Source: Squalus acanthias
Taxonomy: Eukaryota
DNA: 64,000 nucleotides
NCBI GenBank assembly: GCA_030390025.1
Contig: CM059449.1
Location: 35,216,001-35,280,000 of the forward strand
Direction: 5' to 3'
Part shown: positions 11,943 through 22,800 of the stretch, piece by piece
How the letters are laid out: every line of letters starts with the position of its first letter
How positions within the stretch are numbered: position 1 is the first letter of the stretch
Translations under genes and position numbers: made by a program
The notes under the pieces: generated by a model
Told to the model about the DNA's origin: nothing
The model's input: only the letters and a program-made list of their open reading frames with translations
Databases searched by the model: none

Positions 11943-12716
11943 AGACACAGATTTTACGAGGCCGATGACGGCGTTCGCACAGCGTACGCCATCGTAAGTG
12001 CTCAGAATGGCCCCACAGGTTCCAGGTTGCAGCCTGCACTGCACATGCGCGAATACCCAGAACTTGCGATCTGTCAAGTTTTGCATTGACTGGTCCTTCA
12101 CATCCGCTGCAAAAACACCTTTGCTGGCGCAGTTTTGGGCTATTTGCTCAAATACTTCCCAGCGATTGCCCATAAAATTCTTATGACTGGTAAAAGCAGG
12201 CGTGAGGCCTTTTTTCACCAGCCTAAAGGTTAAAGAAATGTTAAAATAACATTTAAAAAATGATTAAAAATGCAATTACATTTAAAAATAATACAGGCAC
12301 ATTTTGATCCGTTATAAAAAGTTTAAACAACGTTTTTAAAAATTACATTTTTATTTTACTTGCTTAATTAAATGGTACTTTAATTACTATTGAACATGTG
12401 ATCATTTATTTTTTTTAAGTGATGTGAATTCTTATTTATTCAGGGATTTCTAATATGCTTATGGAGATTCCGTACGTAAATGGAATCCCCAGGAGCTGCA
12501 TGGAAATCCCACTTTTTGATTGGTAGAACGAGCCCGCTTGATCTCAGGAACGCTTGCGAACTGCAGGCGCCCCTGGGATCCATGGGCCTTTCCATAGGCG
12601 TACGCGTTGAGGCCGAGGACCTGAAGACACTGAAGGGAGACACCAGGTATGTTCGCATTTCTCTTCCTTTCGGAGGGGTGTTCTTCTGGTACGCATCCGA
12701 CAGCAAATACAGGACC
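11943..12716 (+). mobile_element. Hairpin-rich MITE copy M4 (older, decayed TIRs)
   Basis: Same order of motifs as M1-M3: subterminal palindrome, GATCTGTCAAG, CTGGTAAAAGCAGGC hairpin, AT-rich centre, GATTGG. Ends are approximate. Confidence 0.7.
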
Positions 12717-12935
12717 TATGTGTTTGTTCCGATCCGATATCACCTGTATCACATTATCGGCAGAAGTTAATAATACCCCCAACATCTTCCATATCCTACA
12801 ATAACACATCTAATATGGGGATTAGAAGGCAGCCCCCATTTCCTTTGGAGATTATAGTTTGTAGATGGCAATTGAGCAACTTCGGCACGCTTCCGATTAA
12901 TGTAATTGCATTTTAGTTATGTGAAGCCATTTAAC

Positions 12936-13828
12936 TTATTTGATAAAATTAGTAATGAGAGCCAGTGGTCGATTAATCATATTCTTCAATTCATCTCTGA
13001 ATTTGCTCTGGGACACTGCATAAATAAACGTATTTGTGCAAGAACTCAAACACCTCAGCATATACCCGGATTGTTCCGCAATGGTGAAAGAGTCGTTGTA
13101 ATTTGTTTCTAAAAATTGAGTATCTGTAAATTGCACACATATGAGAACTATGAAATTTACCATCCATAACAGTATAAAACTGCCAGATATAGTGAGCAGT
13201 AAAATGATTGACTTTTTTCGGTTCTCAATCTCTGGATCAGTGTGCTTCTCAAGCTTGTTGTTTGCTCGGAGACCGCTCCTCACTCTATTGGCCATTACAA
13301 TGTGCCTGATGGTCAGAGCATTGAGCAGCACGATCAACACAAATGGTGCAAATGGGGTTAAAATGGTTTCCAACCACAAAAATGCTACCCATATGGGTAA
13401 GGTATAGCAGCTTGGTTTTACATAGCAGGACCATGGCACATTGTCAATTATTTCCCGAGATTCATATATGAAGTAGATTGGAACATTTTCTAAGATGCTT
13501 AAGAAACACACCACTGTTATCACCACAGTCACAGTTTTTTCAGTGCAATATTTTGTTCGCAACGCTTGGTAACAAATAGCCACAAATCGATCAAAGGTGA
13601 AACCCACCGTTAGCCAGACAGAGCAATCAATGGAAACAAAAAGCATGGCGAGATTGAAACTACAAATAGAAGTGTAATTCAGGAATGAATATGGGAAATA
13701 AGCATCGTTAATCTCATACAGAATTACTTCAAATGTCAGGACCATTAGATCAGCCACCAGGTAACGAGTGATGCATTTGGAGAGACCGCACTTTCCACGG
13801 GAGAGAATGACGATTGTCACCAAATTAG
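12936..13828 (-). CDS. GPR139/GPR142-like class A GPCR, gene A, exon 2
   Basis: TTTTTTGCAG acceptor; open frame NLVTIVILSRGKCGLSKC...FTFDRFVAIC...FILLW...CTNTFIY to stop. Phase matches exon 1, giving a 320-aa 7TM protein. Confidence 0.9.
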
Positions 13829-15176
13829 CTGCAAAAAAGGCGAAAACAAATTATTTACTCTCTTTACTCTGAGCGGATGATCAGTCGACATTTCTTTGTA
13901 TGAAATTCATGGAAAATTTTCCTATCACTCAACTATCATTCTTTTTATTTCTCCAAATCTATCAGATGATTCTAGCAATTCTGAAATGGTACATTTCTTT
14001 ATGGATACACTTGGCTAACTTATTCTGGTTAACTTCAAATCGAAATAAATGCTGCAGTGAATGACATGGTTCTATTTTCAAATTTCAAAACGACCAACAA
14101 TGGGCTTTTCCGACTCACGGCCGCCTCAATTGAATCCGCCCGATTTTCATTTCCTTTCACTTCAACAGAAAGGAATGCCCGGCTAGGTGCAAGAAGGGCG
14201 GTCGTTTTGTTTATCCCTGTTCCTCCATACACATCATGGGATAGCTTCCCAACTGTCTCCCTGGCCTAAAGCGGCGTTGCGCATCCACTAACACATAACA
14301 GCGGGTGGGCGGGAAAACACCATATTGCAGCAAATGTCAGATTGAAAATACACCCCTGTATTTCCTCATTCCAAATATCCTCAATAATCGTACAATGTAG
14401 GTTTCAGAGTGATGAAACGATCCTGAATGCAATATTCTATCATTTAGTCTTCTGGAAGCAGGTGAAAATTCCCTTCCCGTGCGTTTCCTCAGCGAATGAC
14501 CAGCAAAGAAAGATTTCTCAGTGACACATTGTTTCATGTGCACAATATAATGACACACATTTCATTCTGGATTTGACTCATCTCTGTATCGCCAGAATCG
14601 CATAAATCGAAGCAGCCGGTTAACCAACGGGAGATACGTGGGGTCTGAGCATGGGCAGAGGGAATTTTGAAGATTTAGCAGTTATTATTAGAAATGTGAA
14701 CACTGGTGTGGCTCAGATGCAGACATTTGAAGCACATTTGAAATGTTTTTTTAATAACGTGCGATAGCTATTTCTATCAAGCATAGGCTCTGGAAAGAAT
14801 GACTGTGCTTTGCAACCAAGAGCAGGATCGTCTTGGGTGGTAATTGTTGTCCCCCAATTGATAACATATAAACGGTTCTTTGGTGGCCAATCTGAGCCGA
14901 ATAATGTAAAAATCGATAGCTCTTGTCTCAGATCCAAATCTCTGTCAAGAATGGAATCTAAAGCTTTGGGAACTGTACCTTGCACATACGTAGAATTGGA
15001 AATCCCTGTGACTATAAGGACAATATTTATAATTACCATATCGCATTCTGTCTATTCCCTGTTTTGTGCCTCATGTATGACGCTGCAATTCTCTTTCCTC
15101 CAGTTATCGTGAATAGCAATTGTTTTTAAAGATCTACCAAAAAATGGATTGAAGTCTATTATTGATTTGAACTATT

Positions 15177-15917
15177 GGGCCGAAAATTGATCCCGGGACG
15201 CGAGAGTACGCACTGCATACTCTCGCGTATTCCCACTCCAATTGCCGGTTTTCTGCATGCCCTGCGCATGCGCTGAAAACCGGCAATTGCTCTTCTGAAA
15301 AGGGGGCGGGGCCTGCGTGCATCGCGTGCGCGCTACAGGCTGCGCGCACGCTGTGCACTTCATGCTGTGGACGCGCAGGTAAGTAGGGAAGATTTTGGAA
15401 ATGTAAAAAGGAGTAAGACCCGCTTTTAAGAAGGTAAGTAGTGAATTAAGTATTTTTTTGAATTTTTTTTTACAGGTATATCTTTTTTAGAGACTTTAAA
15501 GACAGGTAAGTTTATTTTTATAACTTTTTAAAAGATTTTAAATTTTTTCAAAAATTTAATTTTTTATTTAAAATGGTTAATTTAATTAACTATACTTATT
15601 TTATTAATGTGATGGTTTTTGTTTTTAATTTAATTGAGGTTTAGCTGTTATTTTGGGGGGGTGTAAGATTCATAGGTCTCACAGCCATGCTGTGAGACTT
15701 ATGAATGGAAGATGGTGTGCTGCCATTGGCTCTAACTGAGTCACGTGATCCCACAGCTCGCACGAATTAACTACGCCGCTGGGATACGCAAGCCCAGCAC
15801 AGCTGATGTCTGGAACATCAAGTTCGTGCGAGCTGGATCAGAAAAAGCATAAGCGAGGTGAGACATCGCGGGGAAGGCTTACCCCCGCGGGAACAGAGCG
15901 AGATCAATTTCTGGGCC
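15177..15917 (+). mobile_element. Hairpin-rich MITE copy M5 in the gene A intron
   Basis: TIRs GGGCCGAAAATTGATC / GATCAATTTCTGGGCC; same internal layout as M1 and M7. Confidence 0.85.
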
Positions 15918-17985
15918 AAATCTCTTGGTTTATCAAACGGGAAGAAAGGACCAGCTGCAAAGAGGGTATTTTTCACATTTACCACATGGTATGAGCTACC
16001 GACCTGGCCAGTGTAAACCTCGCCTGACTTGCATCCCATTGTTGAAGGTGGAAATGACCCCTGCATCAGGGATGTAGTATCTGCAGCAACACTATTGAAT
16101 ACAATTACTGGGGAGGGGTCTGCCGATCTCCTGTGGTAACTTCAACTCTTTACACCGTTTCTTCCGGATTACAAAGCTCTGTTATCGATGCTGTGGTGGG
16201 ATATCGGAAGAAGACCAATCGGAATTCTAATGCCGTGTCTCTACTTCTACCATGCGTCGGAAACTTGGGATAGATTGTAGGATGTATCACCTGGGGATTA
16301 AACATCAGCCGACTCTGTGGGGTAGAAATTGGTTTTCGGCAGTAGCGCTGAACAGGAGGTAGCGCATGGGCCACCTGTTATACGCCTCGCTTGATATTTA
16401 GTTCTATTGAGTTAATGGAGCTGAACATCAGACGGGGAGTGAGAGGCAGACACGATAGCGCCGTTCTACCCCGTATGTAGAAAGGGAAGGCAGCTATGAC
16501 CGCAGGTGTTAACAGAACCCGCCCGATTTTTCTTCCATTGATAGTAATGGAGGACAATCCGCTGCTTTTAGGGAAGCCTCTCCTCCGCGCAGGATTTGGC
16601 TTTTTGTGCTCGGCTCAGGCGATGCAGAACACCCCGGATGTATAGTCTAAAATCTATCCCATGGTTACCGTAGAAATCACCACTTGGACTTAGAATTACA
16701 ACAGCGTAGCAGTCGCAGGACGTTCTTTATTAGCACTTTTCTCATGTTGCTTTGCGGCCTCACAAAACTAACTGAATCCAGCTTAAAGCAACATAATATA
16801 TCGCACAGTTTCAGAATCAAACGCTTCAGTTTTCTCTATAAGCTCTATGACCGAGTAGTTGCCAGCGGTCATTAATCTCGCCTGGCACCAACACATATTG
16901 GCCACTGCGCCCATGGTTTTCGATGGCCAGTAGCAGTGATAAACCTCATTGCTGCCGTCCCAACTCGGAAAATTAGTGACCATGGACGTGGAATTGGTTC
17001 TGGACTGCGGTCTAAAGCTGGCCACAGCGAATTGGTGGCCCATTTTACCCAAATAACATTTCGTTTGACTTCCTCAGCACCACTCTGAGCTCCACAAAGA
17101 TGATTCAAAATTACCAGGTGGTGAAGACCAAAATGTACACCATGGTCAAGAGTTAGGTTATAAATGCAACGAAAACGTTGAGTTTCATCAAAAGAGGGTT
17201 CTGGATGCAAGTCTTGCCTGATGTAGGGGGTGAAATTGTTATTCGTAGTTGCACGAAATAAGCTCAAGCGAATAGGCAGTCTGCTTTACAATGCGCCCGA
17301 ATTTCTTTTCGGAAACTAACATCAGACTGGTGCAAAATGGGCTGCCCATTCTTTCCGAGCCTGTTTTGCGCTGCAGCTGAAGGCCAATGTCAGCGCCTGG
17401 GATTCGGCTTTCTGCCTTTTTGCACGCTGCTGGCCAGCTGCATGCGCCAGAAGAGTGCCCGGGGCAGCTCCCGGTTGGGAAACGCTGGGAACCATTCGGC
17501 TCCAATGCTGACCTGGCAACGGGCGGGATGCAATCCGGGGGATGCGACAGTAGGCCAACATTGCGTCAGAGTCTTTTTGTGGGCCAGGGAATATCACTGA
17601 AAATTTCACCTGGTTTCACAAATATATAACAGAATATTTCCTTTGCCTTTTCTTGGGCAGCTTCCGGGAATCCCTTTAAGAATTGTTGGTTTGGCTACTC
17701 GATCCGATACTAATACTTGGACAAAACAGAGAACTACAAGACTGTCTATCAATAAATTGCTGAATTTGTATTGTCAGAGTAAATTGTGATTCCTCTCAGG
17801 TTGTTACATTAAATATATCACAGAAACTTGGAACCAATTGAGTTATTTTTTTTGATGCCGCTAATCAGTCTCTACAAATAAAAATACATCAAAACAAACA
17901 GATAATATCATTACACTGACAGCAGCAACAGTGACACAGTGAAGCAGTGTTAAAGATGAACATTAGCTGATGATAAGCGGCTTAC

Positions 17986-18055
17986 CAGGAAGACCAACTA
18001 TTGCAAGAATAGGATAGTAAATGTTATCTATCTGTAAGATCACCGGCTGTCCCAT
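17986..18055 (-). CDS. GPCR gene A, exon 1
   Basis: 70 nt, MGQPVILQIDNIYYPILAIVGLP plus G, followed by GTAAG donor (phase 1). Confidence 0.9.
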
Positions 18056-18119
18056 ATTCGGAGAGAAGCGACGTTGCCTGTAACTGTTATGAAGATGCAG
18101 ATCTTAGCTTGCAAACCAA

Positions 18120-18260
18120 GGTCTTATTTATACCTGAGAAAAACCTCAGGTGGCACATGAGCATTACATAATGATTGGCATTAGTTACAGTCATTTAACA
18201 AACAGATTGAGGTGAGTCATAATCACTGCAACTGATCAGGGATATTTTGCAATAATTTTG
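18120..18260 (-). promoter_or_regulatory. Core promoter of GPCR gene A
   Basis: TATAAATA (18125-18132) about 70 nt upstream of ATG, CCAAT (18174-18178), TGTTTGT forkhead-like and TTGCAATAA C/EBP-like motifs. Conserved in gene B. Confidence 0.65.
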
Positions 18261-18776
18261 CCCGTTGAAAGAGTAAGGACTCCAGAATATTATTGACATC
18301 ATACGTTCCAAACAAAATATTTCGACATCTCCTTTACTGCAATCATGGTACAAGACTCCTGAAGCTGAGGATATTTAATTATAGAATCATGCAAGGCGTT
18401 TGATGGAATAAATGCGCATATTTTGATGGATTAGCTTTGTTTCTTAGTTACATCAAGAATGTACTCTATCTTCTTTAATCTATACTGAATATAATTTATA
18501 TTAAGGGGGCTCAATGCTACAGGTGAGTTTGAAGAACATTCAGATACACACAGAACGTGATATAGTCAGTTGTTTACAGCTGAGCAGACCCAGAGATGTG
18601 CAGAAATGTTAGATTTTTGGAAATATTAACAGACCTTGCACGGAAATAAAAGAGGAATGAACAGTTAAATGGCCAGTTTGAACATTCGAATGTCATTTGA
18701 GTAAAACCTCTCAAACGCTTAGCCATATGTGATCGGGAAATTTCATTAAGACATTCAATTGTTCCCCTGGCAGTGG

Positions 18777-18970
18777 TGACGTTAACTGTGCAGACCCGTC
18801 AGTCTGTGTAAAAATAAACATCCGATATTTTTTTATGGGGTTTTATTGTTCTTTGTCCACGACCTTGTGTGGAAATTCATCAAGGTCGTGGACAAAGATC
18901 AATAAAACCTCATAACAATTAACTGATTTTTATTTTTACACAGACTGACTGATCTGCGCGGTTATTGTCA
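18777..18970. repeat. Long inverted duplication (fold-back), arms ~90 bp
   Basis: Perfect 17-bp core CTTTGTCCACGACCTTG (18851-18867) / CAAGGTCGTGGACAAAG (18881-18897) around a 13-nt loop. Imperfect pairing extends outwards. Confidence 0.85.
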
Positions 18971-19830
18971 TAACTAGATGTGTTTTGAAGAGGACTGTCT
19001 AATTTGGAATGTTAATACACATGGATTAATAATAGGTGGATTTAACGTCTCTGGTTGGAGAACGATTAAACTGTCTTTTATTGGAAGGAGCCATATTTAT
19101 ATAGACATTAAAACAATGCCTCACAAACTGTGAAGTTTGTCGACCTCCCCCTTTGTTGAATTGAAGGGATTCATTGAACACATCACGTCTCAGGTTTTCG
19201 TGTCCTTAGTTCTGACTGGAGATCTGAAATACAGGACACAAACAACAGAGCGAGTAATGTTTAGACCAGTTCAGAAGCGGAAATGATATCTCTTACGGAA
19301 TTTATTGTAACTCGAGAGCGGGAGAGTGAGTGGCCCGCGTCTTTGGGGGAAGCAGTGCGCAGGGTCCGCCGATTTTAACGTCCTGGAATAATTAGTCCGC
19401 CGCCTGCGGTGTTACCTCCCGAAAACTGCCGGGAAGTCGGTGGCAAGCTACTGCCAGGACGGTAAAACCACGTGGCAGAAGGGTGCATCTTGGGACTTCA
19501 AGGAACCGCTTCCTAGCACAAGGTAAGCGGATGGAAGGAGAACGTGGTCAGGGAAGGGAGGAACCCAAGGTAGGGGAAATCCAAGGATTCCCTCTGCGCC
19601 TCAGAGGAGAATTCCTGCTCCTGCTGATCCACAGGTAAGTGCAACTTTCAGGTGCTTGGATAGCCTGCATTACCGGCCATCATAATCTCCTGCAGAAAAG
19701 AAATCTGTTGTATGTTACACAATCTTGCAAACACCCCAGTGACTCCAAACAGTTCCTGGATGATGCCTCAAGAAATCAGGGTCAGTAGACTGATTGTCAC
19801 AGAGCCAGAGTAGAAGAAGGAAACATCGGA

Positions 19831-22800
19831 AGATAGAAACATAGAAAAATAAGAGCAGGAGTAGGCCATTCGGCCCTTCGAGCCTGCTCCGCCATTCAAT
19901 ATGTTCATGGCTGATCCTTTATCTCAATACCATATTCCCGCTCTCTCCCCATACCCCTTGATGCCTTTGTGTCTAGAAATCTATCTATCTCCTTATATAT
20001 ATTCAGTGACTTCGCCACCACAGCCTTCTGTAGTAGAGAATTCCACAGGTTCGCCACCCTCTGAGTGAAGAAATTTCTCCTCATCTCAGTCCTAAATGCC
20101 CTACCCCTGATACTGAGACTGTGACACCTCGTTCTAGACAGCACAGCTAGGGGAAACATCCTCCCAGCATCCAGTCTGTCTAGACCTGTCAAAATGTTAG
20201 ACGTTTCAATGAGATCCGCTCTCATTCTTCTAAACTCTAGTTAATACAGGCCTAGTCGACCAATCTCTCCTCATTCGACAGTCCTGCCTTCCCAGGAATC
20301 AGTCTGGTGAACCTTCGCTGCACTCCCTCCATGGCAAGTGACATGAATGTTGTCATTCATGACTTAAGAAGTAATACTGGGCGGCCTGCTGGTGGCGCTG
20401 TCCAGGGAGAGTATAAATACTCGGGCATGGGTCCAGCTTGCTCAGGGACATTCTTCAACAGGAACTAGCGAGGGACACAACTGGACCTGCAGTTTGGAAA
20501 ACAGTTGATTAAAGCTTTGTTTAACACTTAGACCAAGTGCCTAGTAGTTTTCTTACGTCAATTTAATCAACTGGCCTGCTGCACGCTCTGAGTAGTTTTG
20601 GGAACAGCTGACTAGGACTCAAACGGCAGAAGGGAACCAGACGTAGTAATCAATCCATCATGGAGGTACTACTCCGACCCGCCCGTCTCGACCTGTACCC
20701 GAATTCACCAACAACTGCTAAGGTATGGAAACACTGATATCGTACCTTCAGCAACTTCCTCAGGGCATGTGGTAAGAATGTTCCTGATAAGTTAGAGATA
20801 CTTGCCAATTATGTATCCCCTTATGTGTTTGATTATATCGAAGACTGTGTAGACTATGACTCCGCTATCCGAATACTATAGCAACTATATGTTAAGGCCA
20901 CAAACGAAATATTTGCTCGGCATCTACTGGCCACAACTCGACAACAACCCGGGGTATCACTTGATGAATTCCTTCAAAAGCTTCGCAGGCTCAGCAAAGA
21001 TTGTAATCTCAGTCTGTCTTAGCTGAGCAGTACCAGGAGGAGTTAATTGGCGATTTTTTTATTAAAGGAATTGCGTCTCCCTTCATAAGCGAGCGTCTGA
21101 TGGAGAATAAAACCCTCGATTTACAAGCTGCCTATGACCAGGCATATTCTCTGGACTTGGCAAAAAAAATGCAGATGCCTATCTTTTACCACGTGCACGG
21201 ACTGCTGATATCACTTTTAGTGACTCCTCCGATAAGCCTCAGCCTAAGCCCTCACTGATGACGACTCTATCCTAGCTGATGACGACCCTACTCTAGCAGC
21301 ATCTTTGCAATCTAAAGGAACTGTTTCTTCTGTGGAGGTACATTTCATTATCGGAAATTTTGTCCTGCTCGTAATGCAATCTGCAATTATTGCAGTAAGA
21401 AAGGCCACTTCTCGAACGTATGTCAGTCAAGAGCATCTTCTACAGTTACAGCTGCTTCTGTAAAACTGCTCCTCCCCGAAGAGCCACTACTAATGTTACA
21501 GCTGTCATCTATAAAACTACTCCTCCCCCAAGAGCCACTACTAATGTTACAGCCTTCAAGGATAAATCAGCCCCTCCTCCCATCACAGCTGTCTTCCCCC
21601 AAAGCCTGCCCCATGCAGCCACGAAGGTTTCGGTAAATGGATACATTTTTAGTGCATTAATTGACTCATGCAGCTCTGACAGCTTCATCAGTGAGCAGGC
21701 TTTCAATAAGTTAAAACTCTGTATTTACCCCTCGGACAGGGAAATTGCAATACCTCTGACGACACTGACCACTAACTCCTCCGGCTTTTGTCTTGTCGAC
21801 CTTATTCTCAATGGCCATCCTTATTGCTCTACCCGGCTCGGGGTGCTCAAAAACCTAAGCAGTGATGTGCTCCTGAAAGTGGATTTCCAGAAACAACATA
21901 AAAGACTCACTTTCGAGTTTTGAGGATCAAAGCTGGAGCTTACTATTTGCAAAGTATCGTTTTGTGCACTTTCGGCGGCTTCGCTCGACGAGCCCTCCCT
22001 GTTTGCCAATCTTTCCCCCCGATGTAAGCCCATAGCCACTAAATCACGACGCTTCAGCCAAGATGACCTATCCTTTATCGAGGCAGAGATCTCTCGCCTT
22101 CTAGCTGACGGTATCATTGAACCATGTTCATCTTCCTGGCGGGCTCAAGTCGTCGTTGGTAAAAATCCTCTGTAGCAACACAAGAAACGTCTTTGCATCG
22201 ATTACTCGCAAACTGCTAACCAGTACACCGACCTGGATGCCTACCCACTACCACGCATCGATGACATGTTCAATAACCTTGCTAACTACAAGGTATTTTC
22301 AACTTTTGACTTAAAGAGCGCATACCAGCAAGTACCGTTAAAGGACTCTGACAAAAAGTATACGGCTTTTGTGGCCAATGGTCGGCTTTACCAGTTTCGT
22401 CGCCTTCCATTCGGGATCACCAATGGGGTGGCCGTCTTTCAACGGGCAATGGATAGCCTAGTCAAACAGGAGAATTTAACGGACACTTTTCCATATCTGG
22501 ATAATATCACCATTGCTGGTCATGACCAGAAGGAGCATGATGCCAACCTCCAGAAATTTCTTGACGTTCTCCGTCGTCGCAACTTAACCTTAAATGTGTC
22601 CAAATCTGTGAAATCAGTACCATCAGTCAACATCCTTGGCTACTGGGTGGACAAAGGTGTCATCGAACCGGATCCGGAGCGATTTTGTCCTCTTCAGAAG
22701 CTCCCTCCTCCTACGAATCTCAGCTCTCTTCGTCGGGCCCTTGGCATGTTCGATATTATGCGAAGTGGATACCTCACTTTTCCAACAAGATCCAGCCCCT

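Noticed and set aside
20572-20590. TGGCCTGCTGCACG as a tRNA PBS
   Set aside because: It lies 11 nt from the LTR and I cannot match it to any tRNA 3' end I know. Not formally excluded without a search.
21458-21553. 51-bp tandem duplication between gag and protease
   Set aside because: In-frame low-complexity linker expansion, common in Gypsy elements.
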